A stretch of 64,000 bases of DNA from a virus, in the IMG/VR virus record IMGVR_UViG_3300032282_003280, positions 1-64,000 of that record; one strand, 5' to 3'. Both the position numbers and the translations under genes were made by a program. Each line of letters begins with the position of its first letter. Positions within the stretch are counted from its first letter, which is position 1. Below are positions 1-9,066 of the stretch, one piece after another. Below the pieces are notes generated by a model. It worked only from the letters and a program-made list of their open reading frames with translations. It did no database searches and had not been told where the DNA came from.

Positions 1-228
1 CGCTCACAGCTTAACTCACAGCTTTACTCACAGCTTAACTCACAGCTTTACTCACAGCTTTACTCACAGCTTGACTCACAGCTTTACTCACAGCTTTACT
101 CACAGCTTTACTCACAGCTTGACTCACAGCTTTACTCACAGCTTGACTCACAGCTTTACTCACAGCTTGACTCACAGCTTTACTCACAGCTTGACTCACA
201 GCTTTACTCACAGCTTGACTCACAGCTT
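1..228 (+). repeat. 12-bp coding tandem repeat NNC-TCA-CAG-CTT, 19 units visible
   Basis: Read directly. Units differ only in the first codon (TAC/GAC/AAC/CGC). Confidence 0.95.
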
Positions 229-993
229 TGGTTAAAATCTTTAAAAGATATAAGTAAGTATAATAATACGTATTTACTTGCACTTAATGTTTATAGTGAT
301 GTCTACTTTTCTTGGTATAAATTTATTCAGGATGAATTTGGTATAACTACTACAGATAATGCCACTAGGTTAGATGAGTTTTATTCTCTTCAAAAAGAAT
401 CTGGGGTGTACTGTAGTATATTTTCTGAGGCTCTTTGCATAGTATCTAAATATCCTAAAAAGATTTACAGAAATCAAAATAATGATTTACATAATTTAAG
501 TGGAGTAGCTGTTGAGTGGGGAAACAGTATAGATTCTACTAAATGGGACTGTTATTATATAAATGGTAGAAATATGCCTTCTTGGATATTTGAAAAGTAT
601 AAATCTGGAGAATTAACTAAAGAAATGTTTATAAATGAAGAAAATGAAGATATAAGAGCTGGTATTTATGAGGTTATAGAGAGTGGTGGAGAGGGTAAAA
701 TGTTAGACTTTTTAGGTGCTGAAGAAGTTGATTCTCAATCAGTTATTCATAAAAATGGAGAGATTGAGAAATTAATACTATACAAAACTAAAGAGTTATT
801 TAAGGAAGAGGTTGATTTAAATGGAAAAAGTAATGTACCTTTGGCATGGTTAAAGATGATATGCCCTTCTACAGAAACAACTTATCTAATTCCTTCTGAT
901 AGTAGTTTTACTAATGCAGTGAAGGCTGCTAAGTATCATAGACCAGAAGGTATACCTTTTGATTTAAATTATTCTTGGAATTTTAGAAACTAA
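1..993 (+). CDS. 5'-truncated DUF6745-like phage protein with N-terminal (xSQL)n repeat
   Basis: Frame +1 is open from base 1 to TAA at 991-993, so the ORF-track start at 406 is internal. It reads SQL(Y/D/N) repeats, then LHNLSGVAVEW...YYING and CPSTETTY...AVKAAKY, typical of this family. The usual partner gene follows. Confidence 0.7.
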   Translation, partial: RSQLNSQLYSQLNSQLYSQLYSQLDSQLYSQLYSQLYSQLDSQLYSQLDSQLYSQLDSQLYSQLDSQLYSQLDSQLWLKSLKDISKYNNTYLLALNVYSDVYFSWYKFIQDEFGITTTDNATRLDEFYSLQKESGVYCSIFSEALCIVSKYPKKIYRNQNNDLHNLSGVAVEWGNSIDSTKWDCYYINGRNMPSWIFEKYKSGELTKEMFINEENEDIRAGIYEVIESGGEGKMLDFLGAEEVDSQSVIHKNGEIEKLILYKTKELFKEEVDLNGKSNVPLAWLKMICPSTETTYLIPSDSSFTNAVKAAKYHRPEGIPFDLNYSWNFRN

Positions 994-1013
994 TAATAAA
1001 AAAAATAAATATT

Positions 1014-1391
1014 ATGAAATACACAAACAAAAGTAATGGTCACGTAGGTGATGTTCAGTATTTTTCTATTGATAAATTACCTAATGGTGCAAAAAAGGTT
1101 GAAAATCAACCAGTTGCATTTGGAGAAAAGTCTGGTCATATTCATATAAATACAGGAGACTGTGAATTATATGAGTTAAATAATGAATTTTACTTAGTAG
1201 TAGGTCCCGATGGTGCATTATCTCAACATATCCATCAATCAAACATGAGAGCAGATACATATACTAAAAATGTACCTGCAGAAAAAGCAGATCATAATCC
1301 AGGGATCCTTTCTCCTAATACAATTTATAAGATAGGAATTCATAAACGTAAAAAGCATTTTTCAAAAGTTTGGGAAAAAGTAATAGATTAA
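1014..1391 (+). CDS. Conserved phage protein, usual partner of DUF6745-like genes
   Basis: GHVGDV and VAFGEKSGHIH match the (R/H)QGDV...LAxGExTGHxH pattern; ADHNP further downstream. Confidence 0.65.
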   Translation: MKYTNKSNGHVGDVQYFSIDKLPNGAKKVENQPVAFGEKSGHIHINTGDCELYELNNEFYLVVGPDGALSQHIHQSNMRADTYTKNVPAEKADHNPGILSPNTIYKIGIHKRKKHFSKVWEKVID

Positions 1392-1395
1392 TATA

Positions 1396-1878
1396 ATGAT
1401 AAACTTTAGCAATAAATCAGAAGAATCTAAGAGTAGTTTACTCAAACCCGGTTATAGGGTGTTAAAAATGGGAAAAATTGATGAGATGGGGGATTATATT
1501 CCTCCATTTTCATCTGGTATATCTAAGAGTGGAAAACCTTATATTTTAGTAACTCTACGAAATCCTAAGACAGATTTTATCTTTAGAGATAATATGTTCT
1601 TGACTGAGAATACTTTATTTAGAGTAGAGTACTTACATAAAAAGATGTTTAAGTCTCCAATTCCTGAAAATTTTAGTGATGAGATTAGTCTATCAGATTA
1701 TCTAAATACTAAATATATAGAGAACTATGATAAAGATAGCCTACATAACTTCGTTATTTCAGGAGAATATAGAGAAGATGTCCTTGAGTTAAGAATAGCA
1801 TTTAAGGAATTCTATAATCCCCCTGCATTTAAGGAGAGGGACTTTACTGAGAGAGAAGAAAAAATCTATATTAAATAA
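1396..1878 (+). CDS. Hypothetical protein, possibly DUF669-like OB-fold
   Basis: SKSGKPYILVTL...FRDNMFLTENTLFR resembles DUF669-type proteins; translationally coupled to the next gene. Confidence 0.4.
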   Translation: MINFSNKSEESKSSLLKPGYRVLKMGKIDEMGDYIPPFSSGISKSGKPYILVTLRNPKTDFIFRDNMFLTENTLFRVEYLHKKMFKSPIPENFSDEISLSDYLNTKYIENYDKDSLHNFVISGEYREDVLELRIAFKEFYNPPAFKERDFTEREEKIYIK

Positions 1879-2150
1879 TGAGTAAATCAAAACAGATGTA
1901 CTCCCAATTCTTAGAAGAGGATTGGGAGTATTCTTTTCCTAGGGAAAGAGCACTTATTCAAGCACAAGAAGAATATGAGTATAATATGCTCAAGAAAGAA
2001 TTATTCAGTAACTTTACGGAAAATAAGAAATATGTTAGAGCAAATAAAACCCTCAGTAGTAAAGGTGCTATCAAAGCAACATCTCAATTTAAATCATTAT
2101 TGGCTACTCTTAAGATTAAATCAAGGAGTAGGGGAAAAGTCAGACGATGA
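1878..2150 (+). CDS. Hypothetical protein
   Basis: TAATG coupling to the upstream gene; the 3' part overlaps the next CDS by about 120 nt. Confidence 0.45.
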   Translation: MSKSKQMYSQFLEEDWEYSFPRERALIQAQEEYEYNMLKKELFSNFTENKKYVRANKTLSSKGAIKATSQFKSLLATLKIKSRSRGKVRR

Positions 2151-2631
2151 GGCAAGTTATCAGGCATTAGAGAGAAAGTTATTTGTGATAGATCAAAAGA
2201 TTACTCCTAAAGGTAAAGAGTTCTTGGAGGCTTTGTTACAACAACCTAGTGAAATAATAGTCAAAAAGACAGCCCCTATAGACAATTCTCAATTTGAGGA
2301 GTTCTGGGATATGTTCCCTAGAAATGATACATTTGAGTATAAAGGAAAGAAGTTTCAAGGCTCTAGGGCCCTAAGAACTGGTAAAAAGGATGAGATGAGG
2401 GCTAAGTACTATAAGATACTAGCTGAAGGTGTATATACACATTCTCAGATATTAAATGCCTTGAACTCTGAGATATCTCAGAAGAAGGAGAACTCATTTA
2501 AGAGTAATAGTAATAAGCTATCATTCCTTAATGCTATGCCGGCATACCTAAACCAAAGAATATTTGAGTCATTTATTGAGGAATCTCCTATAGAGGAGAA
2601 AGAAGATACTTCCGGAGGAGTACTAATATAA
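2032..2631 (+). CDS. Replication initiator / helicase-loader-like protein
   Basis: FEEFWDMFP...YLNQRIFE pattern of phage replisome-organiser C-termini; sits directly before the helicase. Start moved to the A-rich ATG at 2032. Confidence 0.55.
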   Translation: MLEQIKPSVVKVLSKQHLNLNHYWLLLRLNQGVGEKSDDEASYQALERKLFVIDQKITPKGKEFLEALLQQPSEIIVKKTAPIDNSQFEEFWDMFPRNDTFEYKGKKFQGSRALRTGKKDEMRAKYYKILAEGVYTHSQILNALNSEISQKKENSFKSNSNKLSFLNAMPAYLNQRIFESFIEESPIEEKEDTSGGVLI

Positions 2632-3722
2632 TGAGCAATTTTGATTTACTAAAAAGAGAGGTAGATTTAGGTGTATCTGGTAAGAATAGAGGTATACCCA
2701 TGGGTTTTGAGAAACTCAATAAGTATATAAGTATTCGTAAGAGGATATATAGTATAGTATTTGGTTCTACAGGTTCAGGTAAAACATCTCTTGTACATGA
2801 TGGGTGGATACTCAATCCTTTTGATTATTATATTGAGCAAAAGAAAAAGAACAACTTTATCAATATGAGAGTAATCCTCTTCTCCATGGAGAGAAGTAAG
2901 ATATATACTCTTGCTAAATGGATAGTAAGAAAGATATACCTTGATCAAGGAGTACTCATTCCTATAGGTAAACTCTTAGGTTGGTGGGATGGTAATAAAC
3001 TTACCCACGATGAACATGATATGTTTCTTTTATATGAAGATTACATAAATATGTTAACTACTGAGTTTGTGGATATTATAGAGGGTGCTCAGAATCCTAC
3101 GGGTGTACATAAGTATCTTAAGCAATTTGCTGAGAAGAGAGGTAAAATACAGGAGATAAGTGAGTTTAATAAGTTATATGTCCCTGATGATGACTCTGAG
3201 ATTGTTGTACCAATAATAGACCACTTAGGTTTAACCAAGGTTGAGAAGGGTATGAGTAAAAAAGAATCCATTGATAAGTTGTCAGAGTATTTACAACACA
3301 GTAGGGATTTTTATGGTTATACTCCGGTAGCAGTATCTCAGATAAACAGAGACTTAAGTAACCCTATGTATGCAAAGAGCACAGAGTTAGAACCTAGCTT
3401 AGACCAAATTAAGGAATCTGGTAGACCTGCAGAAGATTCTGATGCTGTAATATCACTATTTGACCCTTTAAGGTATAATACTACAGATAAGTACTATAGT
3501 GCTGAAAAGATGGTAAATAAAGTTAGTGGGGCCAAACACTTCAGGTCTCTTAAGATTCTTAAGAACACTTACGGAGAGGATGATATTAGAGTAGGTATGG
3601 CTTTTCATGGTTCTACAGGAACATTTGCAGAACTTCCTCATGTTAAGTATATGGACAATTTTAATTATGATTCTCTATTCTCAGGAGAATATTTCCTAAA
3701 ATCTAAGATAAAAAATGTTTGA
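2631..3722 (+). CDS. DnaB-like (SF4) replicative helicase
   Basis: Walker A GSTGSGKT, FSME, IIDHLGL, VSQINR, KESG..AEDSD, ILKNTYG. Confidence 0.85.
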   Translation: MSNFDLLKREVDLGVSGKNRGIPMGFEKLNKYISIRKRIYSIVFGSTGSGKTSLVHDGWILNPFDYYIEQKKKNNFINMRVILFSMERSKIYTLAKWIVRKIYLDQGVLIPIGKLLGWWDGNKLTHDEHDMFLLYEDYINMLTTEFVDIIEGAQNPTGVHKYLKQFAEKRGKIQEISEFNKLYVPDDDSEIVVPIIDHLGLTKVEKGMSKKESIDKLSEYLQHSRDFYGYTPVAVSQINRDLSNPMYAKSTELEPSLDQIKESGRPAEDSDAVISLFDPLRYNTTDKYYSAEKMVNKVSGAKHFRSLKILKNTYGEDDIRVGMAFHGSTGTFAELPHVKYMDNFNYDSLFSGEYFLKSKIKNV

Positions 3723-4851
3723 TATACATAAATCTTTCCTAGAGAGAGAAAAAATACAGAGTAAGGCTGTAGAGTTATCCAAGTCCAATAATTCAATCAG
3801 GTTATTATGGTGTACAGGTGTTGGTAAAACTGCAGGGGCTCTTAAGATAATAGATGCCAGTAAAAGTCCATTACCTTGGATAATCTGTGTACCAGAGATA
3901 CCTTTAATTGAGAACTTTAAACAGGATATAGTTAAGCATGAGTTTACCAATCTCCTGGATAGTGGGAAGATTAAGGATATTATTTGTCATGCCTCTATAA
4001 AGAAGTATGAGGGGCAATCTGTTAATATAGTTATGGATGAAGCACATCATGCTTCTGACTTAAGGTCTGATATACTTAAGACTATAAAGTCTGACCAAAG
4101 AGTATTTTTATCAGCTACCCTTAATTGGGATGTAAAACAGAGATTAGATGATATATGTGATTGGATAGATTATGAGGTATCTCTTACAGAGGCTATAGAT
4201 AAAGGTATTCTCCCTGAGCCTATCATTAATATAAACAATATAGTACTTGATGATGTAGCTCTTAACCAACCTTTTAAGACTAAGCAAAAAATAACAATGC
4301 TTACGGAGAAAAGATATTATGAGAAATTATCAGATACAGTAGATTATTGGAAGAATAAGTATGATAGAGAAGGTTCTCCTTGGCAGTATAAGAAGATGTT
4401 ATTTGCTGCAGTAACCAGAAAACGCTGGTTGGCGAATATCAAGACAAGATATGCTAAAGCTATCATAAATACGGTTAAGAATAATCGTTTTATATGTTTT
4501 TGTGGTTCTGTAACTCAGGCAAGAGAGCTTGGGGGTAAGCAATCAGTTCACTCAAAGAATACCAAGGAGAAGAACTTAGAGATAATTCGTGAGTTTAATG
4601 CTGAAAAAACTACCAGCTTATATGCATGTCAAATGCTAAGGGAGGGTCATAACCTAACAAATATTGAGAGAGCTATTATAATTCAAATAGATAGTGAATC
4701 TTTATCATTATTTCAGATGTTAGGTCGCTCCTTGAGGTCTATAGAGCCGGTGATTGATATATTAATAGTAAAGGATACTATTGACACTAAGTATTTCTCT
4801 AAGTTTTTAGGTGAAATACCTCAAAAATATATACGTCAAAAATATTTCTAA
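3715..4851 (+). CDS. SF2 (DEAH) helicase
   Basis: TGVGKT, DEAHH, LSAT, LREGHN, QMLGRSLR. Confidence 0.85.
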   Translation: MFDIHKSFLEREKIQSKAVELSKSNNSIRLLWCTGVGKTAGALKIIDASKSPLPWIICVPEIPLIENFKQDIVKHEFTNLLDSGKIKDIICHASIKKYEGQSVNIVMDEAHHASDLRSDILKTIKSDQRVFLSATLNWDVKQRLDDICDWIDYEVSLTEAIDKGILPEPIININNIVLDDVALNQPFKTKQKITMLTEKRYYEKLSDTVDYWKNKYDREGSPWQYKKMLFAAVTRKRWLANIKTRYAKAIINTVKNNRFICFCGSVTQARELGGKQSVHSKNTKEKNLEIIREFNAEKTTSLYACQMLREGHNLTNIERAIIIQIDSESLSLFQMLGRSLRSIEPVIDILIVKDTIDTKYFSKFLGEIPQKYIRQKYF

Positions 4852-4867
4852 ATGAAGCAAAAATCAG

Positions 4868-4875
4868 TAAATTTG
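4868..4875 (+). promoter_or_regulatory. Bacteroidota sigma-A -7 element (TAAATTTG)
   Basis: Matches TAnnTTTG in an intergenic gap 20 nt before the ATG at 4896; the -33 element is weak. Confidence 0.55.
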
Positions 4876-4895
4876 TAAATAAAATAAGAAAAAAA

Positions 4896-5570
4896 ATGAG
4901 TAACAAAGAAAAACAGAGGCATGACTATGGAAAGGTATTAATCCTTTCACAATCCGGAAATGGTAAAACATTTATGGGAAAAACAGCAGATTTTGAGAGT
5001 ACCGGCTTTATTAATATTAGTCGTAAGAGTTTACCATTTAAGGGCACCTTCAAGTATATGGGGAAACCAAAGACATGGGAAGCTTTCCTAAAGAATTTTA
5101 AGGATTATGTAGAGAACTCTGAAATTAAGAACATAATCATTGATGATATAACTATGGCTTTTGATGCACTCTTACAGATGTGTCAGATGAATCTGAAGGG
5201 TTATGATGTATTTGCAGCTTATAATAAGAAATTACCGGAATTCTTAGACCTCCTAAGAGATGCTCAAAAGGATATAATTGTTACAGGACATGATGAAATT
5301 CTTCTCCTAGAGGGATTTAAGCAAAAGAGGGCAAAGGTTCATGGTAAGCAATTTGAGGGTGCATTAGAGAAATATTTTACTACTGTACTATATGCAGATA
5401 AGCGTATGAAGGAAAGTAAGCCAGAGTATTTCTTACGTACATTTGAGATGGATACATCAGCAAAATGCCCAGAAGGCCTCTTCTCCCCTAAAGGAGAGGG
5501 TGATACACCTCTTGAGATACCAAATGATGCAGGTTTTATATTTAAATCATTAGAAGAATACTATAGTTAA
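4896..5570 (+). CDS. AAA_24 / Sak4-like P-loop ATPase
   Basis: SQSGNGKT, IIIDD, VTGHDE, SAKCPEGLF. Confidence 0.8.
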   Translation: MSNKEKQRHDYGKVLILSQSGNGKTFMGKTADFESTGFINISRKSLPFKGTFKYMGKPKTWEAFLKNFKDYVENSEIKNIIIDDITMAFDALLQMCQMNLKGYDVFAAYNKKLPEFLDLLRDAQKDIIVTGHDEILLLEGFKQKRAKVHGKQFEGALEKYFTTVLYADKRMKESKPEYFLRTFEMDTSAKCPEGLFSPKGEGDTPLEIPNDAGFIFKSLEEYYS

Positions 5571-5572
5571 AG

Positions 5573-5673
5573 AAATTAGACCGAAAGGCCAAGGTAGCGA
5601 AGACAGGGCTATAATAGACTGAAACACCTTCTAAATCGTATGTTAGCACAGTTTGAAAGTCTGGGGGTAATTT
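5573..5673 (+). ncRNA. Candidate structured RNA / 5' leader with tRNA-like fragments
   Basis: GC-richer intergenic stretch with ccGAAAgg, tagc..gcta, agact..agtct and aaatta..taattt complementarities. Confidence 0.25.
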
Positions 5674-5718
5674 AAAACTTTCTCTAACAAAGTAATAATA
5701 AATAAATAAATAAATAAG

Positions 5719-6591
5719 ATGAAAACTCCAAAAAGAGAACAAAAAAGTACGGGTGGTCAAATTTTTAAGAATATTGGATTAGGTGAGTTTAAAGTATTAG
5801 CTTTAAATCCTGATATGATGACTTATTTTAAGTTAATGGACATTTCTGAAGAATCACAAGAGAAGTTTAAGGAAACAGAGTATGTATCTGACACTAAGGA
5901 TGGTGATACTATGATTCGATTAAACTTTATATGTGAGGAAGTAAATACTAAGCAGAAGTTTAATATGAACTTTAATTTGGTTGATAAAATTAGGGTATCT
6001 CAAAGTGGTAAAACACAGTGGGTAAATTCTGTAGGTGATAGTGCGTTTGTTGATAGTGCTGATAATCTTCAGTCTTGGTTTAAGGAATTTCAAAGCAGGG
6101 ATAAACAAAAATTAGCGGATAAAGAATATCGTGAAGCACATCAAGGTGAGGCTGAATTGTATACATTTATGCGTACATGGCTTCAAGGAGTAGATTTCTA
6201 TAATCCTGATGTAAATATCCTTCTTGATTGGAATAAGTTAATGAGAGGTAATTGGAAGGAGATAGCTTCTCTAATTAATACAGATGAGGTTAACACATTT
6301 GTAGCTATGGTTGAAGTAAGAGTTGTAGAGAAAGAAGGTGAAGATACTAAACATTATAGTGGTATTTATTCTCGTTCATTCTTACCTGGTTATAAGATGA
6401 GGTTAATTCGTAATAGTATAACTTCTGGCGTAGCTCTTACAGATAAAGGTATCATTAAGTTTAAATCTGATATAGAGGGGGAATATGGATGTCGTAATTT
6501 ATTTGAGTGGGCAATCATTCATGAATTTAATCCGGATACTCATATAGCATCAGGTACCAAAGTACTAAGTACAGATGATAATAGCTACTAA
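5719..6591 (+). CDS. Probable single-stranded DNA-binding protein of crAss-like phages
   Basis: VLALNP and SQSGKTQWVNSVG motifs, acidic C-terminus, and position after the Sak4-like ATPase. Confidence 0.5.
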   Translation: MKTPKREQKSTGGQIFKNIGLGEFKVLALNPDMMTYFKLMDISEESQEKFKETEYVSDTKDGDTMIRLNFICEEVNTKQKFNMNFNLVDKIRVSQSGKTQWVNSVGDSAFVDSADNLQSWFKEFQSRDKQKLADKEYREAHQGEAELYTFMRTWLQGVDFYNPDVNILLDWNKLMRGNWKEIASLINTDEVNTFVAMVEVRVVEKEGEDTKHYSGIYSRSFLPGYKMRLIRNSITSGVALTDKGIIKFKSDIEGEYGCRNLFEWAIIHEFNPDTHIASGTKVLSTDDNSY

Positions 6592-6614
6592 AGTTTTTCT
6601 TTAATACATACTAT

Positions 6615-6649
6615 AGAGGGCCTGTTTCTACAGGCTCTTTTTTATTTTT
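6615..6649 (+). terminator. Intrinsic terminator
   Basis: AGAGGGCCTGT-TTCT-ACAGGCTCTT followed by a T tract. Confidence 0.8.
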
Positions 6650-6668
6650 ATTATTAAAGGACTGTAAA

Positions 6669-6902
6669 ATGAAAATACCCAAACAAAAACTTCTAAAGAA
6701 GATGCCCGTAAAAATTGCAGATTTATGCAGGGCAACATGTAAGATTATATTGGAAAAAGGTTCTATAGATGAGATATATAAATATGGAGCTGATATAAAG
6801 TTAAAAAATAGTATATGTACACATTGTGCACAAGAAAGTCCAACTATAGATTGTGATGAGTATACAATATGTGCTATATGCGGATCAAATAAGAATTTAT
6901 GA
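6669..6902 (+). CDS. Small Zn-ribbon protein
   Basis: CTHC and CAIC pairs. Confidence 0.55.
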   Translation: MKIPKQKLLKKMPVKIADLCRATCKIILEKGSIDEIYKYGADIKLKNSICTHCAQESPTIDCDEYTICAICGSNKNL

Positions 6903-7123
6903 AGATATGTACATGCAATAAATGTGATAGGATATATGAGGACTTAGACCCTGGTAAAAACAGCATAGAGTATCCCTTTATTGATATAACACCTCTAACT
7001 TATAGAATTATATTTAACAAAGGAAAGATTGTGGATAAGTTTTGGGCCTGCCCTACATGTTATACAGATGCTTACCTAACAAATAACATAAAAGAAGATG
7101 CAGAAGAAATACACAGAGATTAA
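6899..7123 (+). CDS. Small Zn-ribbon protein
   Basis: CNKC and CPTC pairs; ATGA overlap. Confidence 0.6.
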   Translation: MKICTCNKCDRIYEDLDPGKNSIEYPFIDITPLTYRIIFNKGKIVDKFWACPTCYTDAYLTNNIKEDAEEIHRD

Positions 7124-7343
7124 TATTAGGAGAGTTGCTGAAAGGTTTGCTGAAGAATGGTTTAAAGAGCACTACGAACACTCACTTACTCCGGGAGAAC
7201 TGTATGATACAGAGCTTGTAGAAGGTCATGGGCTTTATGTAGTACAGAGTATAAAGCCTCACTTAGCAAATATTTTTTTCAACAAGGTAGCTGAGTTTGA
7301 GGAAATTATCCTAACTTACGAAAAAAAAACTAAAATAAGATGA
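7098..7343 (+). CDS. Hypothetical protein
   Basis: Tightly packed ORF in the operon. Confidence 0.55.
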   Translation: MQKKYTEINIRRVAERFAEEWFKEHYEHSLTPGELYDTELVEGHGLYVVQSIKPHLANIFFNKVAEFEEIILTYEKKTKIR

Positions 7344-7606
7344 AAGTCATAAATTTTGCATTCTCTAGTGATAGTGATGATTTAGACTATCCTAAACTTG
7401 TATATAACTACATAAAGAAAAAACAGTATAGAAGTATTCAAGATGTAAAGGAAATAAGTAATTTTATGTTTACAGTCTTGAATGATGAGGATAAAACATA
7501 TTATCAGACACCTGTATATGAACATATACAGACACTAAAGAACATAAAGAAGGACCTAAAGATTTATTCACCTAAACAATTTATAGAACAAGAAGGAAAA
7601 ATATGA
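7340..7606 (+). CDS. Hypothetical protein
   Basis: ATGA overlaps at both ends. Confidence 0.6.
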   Translation: MKVINFAFSSDSDDLDYPKLVYNYIKKKQYRSIQDVKEISNFMFTVLNDEDKTYYQTPVYEHIQTLKNIKKDLKIYSPKQFIEQEGKI

Positions 7607-8610
7607 ATCTCCCTAAGAAAGAAGAGATAGTTCAGTTAACTTTTGAGAGTATCTTAAAAAAGATTAGTGATTATGATATTTACCGGTTTTATGTAGGGTC
7701 AGATATTCAGATAAATAGAGCTATATGTTCTCCTCTAAGGAAAGATAGTGTCCCGTCATTCATTGTAAAAATGGGTAAAGATGGGTATCTACATCACTTA
7801 GACTATGGTGATTCAAGATTTCAAGGTAGAGCAGTTGACTTTGTTTCTCAGATGTTCTTCTTAAACTATAATGAGGCCCTGCAGAAGATAAACAAAGATT
7901 TTGGCTTAGGTTATAAAGGAGAGGGTAAACAAGAGTATAAGAAGATTACTACTAATTACTCTAAACCAGTATTAGATATAAAGAGATATAGTCTTATCCA
8001 AGTATCCTCAAAGAAGTTTACTAATGATGGTTTAGCTTATTGGAATGATTATTACCAGGATATTGAAGACTTAAAGAAGAATAATGTATATCAGGTAAAA
8101 GAGGTATGGCTAAACAAAAAGAAGGTATTTATTGATAAAAATGAGCTATGTTTTGGGTACTTATTTAATGATTCTGCATGGAAAATTTACTTTCCTCACA
8201 GACCTAAGGGGGAAAAGTTTATAACAAATGTAGCCCTTAATGTCCCATATGGCTTAAGTAACTTAGATAAGAATCATAATGCTCTAATAACAAAGTCTAT
8301 GAAGGATATGTTAGTGGCATTAAAAGTATACCCATATACTTGTGGGATACAATCTGAGAATATAGCTGCCATTACTGATGAAACAATGGAGTATATAAAA
8401 CAGAACTCTAAACTACAGTACCTAAATTTTGACTCAGATGAACCTGGTAAAAAGGCATCATTCAGAGTAACTGAGAAGTATGGGATAAAACATATAAATG
8501 TCCCAGACTCATTACTTCTTGAGGGAGGTTCAGATTTAGCAGATTGGGCAAAGATGGAGGGTTTACAAGCTCTTAAGATGCATTTCACTCGTAAAAAACT
8601 ATATAAATGA
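7603..8610 (+). CDS. DNA primase (Toprim), crAss-like type
   Basis: N-terminal CSPLRKDSVPSF, ITKSMKD, Toprim FDSDEPG, DLADW. Confidence 0.85.
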   Translation: MNLPKKEEIVQLTFESILKKISDYDIYRFYVGSDIQINRAICSPLRKDSVPSFIVKMGKDGYLHHLDYGDSRFQGRAVDFVSQMFFLNYNEALQKINKDFGLGYKGEGKQEYKKITTNYSKPVLDIKRYSLIQVSSKKFTNDGLAYWNDYYQDIEDLKKNNVYQVKEVWLNKKKVFIDKNELCFGYLFNDSAWKIYFPHRPKGEKFITNVALNVPYGLSNLDKNHNALITKSMKDMLVALKVYPYTCGIQSENIAAITDETMEYIKQNSKLQYLNFDSDEPGKKASFRVTEKYGIKHINVPDSLLLEGGSDLADWAKMEGLQALKMHFTRKKLYK

Positions 8611-8858
8611 CGCAAAAAAAGAAAAATAAGGAAGAAGGAGAAGTAATCAGAAAAGTTACCAGGACTTTTGCAGTTAAAAAATTAGTAGATAAAGATATAT
8701 CACAAATTATCAGATCACACACTGAAAGAGGAGATAATCTCTTTATTGAACTTATTTTATCTGAGGGATTTCATGGTTATAACAACTATACAAATAAACA
8801 ACTAAAAGAGTTCCTGTGGGAGAAAACAGGAGTTAATTATGAAATAAAAACAAAATAA
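8607..8858 (+). CDS. Hypothetical protein
   Basis: ATGA-coupled ORF. Confidence 0.55.
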   Translation: MTQKKKNKEEGEVIRKVTRTFAVKKLVDKDISQIIRSHTERGDNLFIELILSEGFHGYNNYTNKQLKEFLWEKTGVNYEIKTK

Positions 8859-8865
8859 AGAAAAG

Positions 8866-9057
8866 ATGAAGTTATCAGAATTAATCAAAGCTACCACTGA
8901 GTTGCAGAAGAAGTATGATGGTGATTATCCGGTATGTATATCATGCGAAGGGCACCTTCAGGAAATATCAGAGTTATTAGTTGAGAGTAAACAATATCTT
9001 AAACCAAGTTCTGAGGTGTACATACCTACAGAAAAAATAATAATTAGAATACGTTAA
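8866..9057 (+). CDS. Hypothetical protein
   Basis: MKLSELI...YDGDYPV N-terminus typical of small phage proteins. Confidence 0.55.
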   Translation: MKLSELIKATTELQKKYDGDYPVCISCEGHLQEISELLVESKQYLKPSSEVYIPTEKIIIRIR

Positions 9058-9066
9058 AACATTTTT

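Noticed and set aside
1-228. Repeat as a CRISPR array or a DGR variable region (AAC to NNC pattern)
   Set aside because: There are no spacers. The other adenines in each unit are invariant, and no template repeat or reverse transcriptase is in the window. It is a coding tandem repeat.
35-283. Minus-strand ORF with KAVS/QAVS repeats
   Set aside because: Antisense shadow of the 12-bp repeat; the + frame continues into a recognisable protein.
5573-5673. Functional tRNA gene
   Set aside because: The D- and T-like fragments are too far apart, and there is no clean anticodon arm or TTC. Kept only as a candidate structured RNA.
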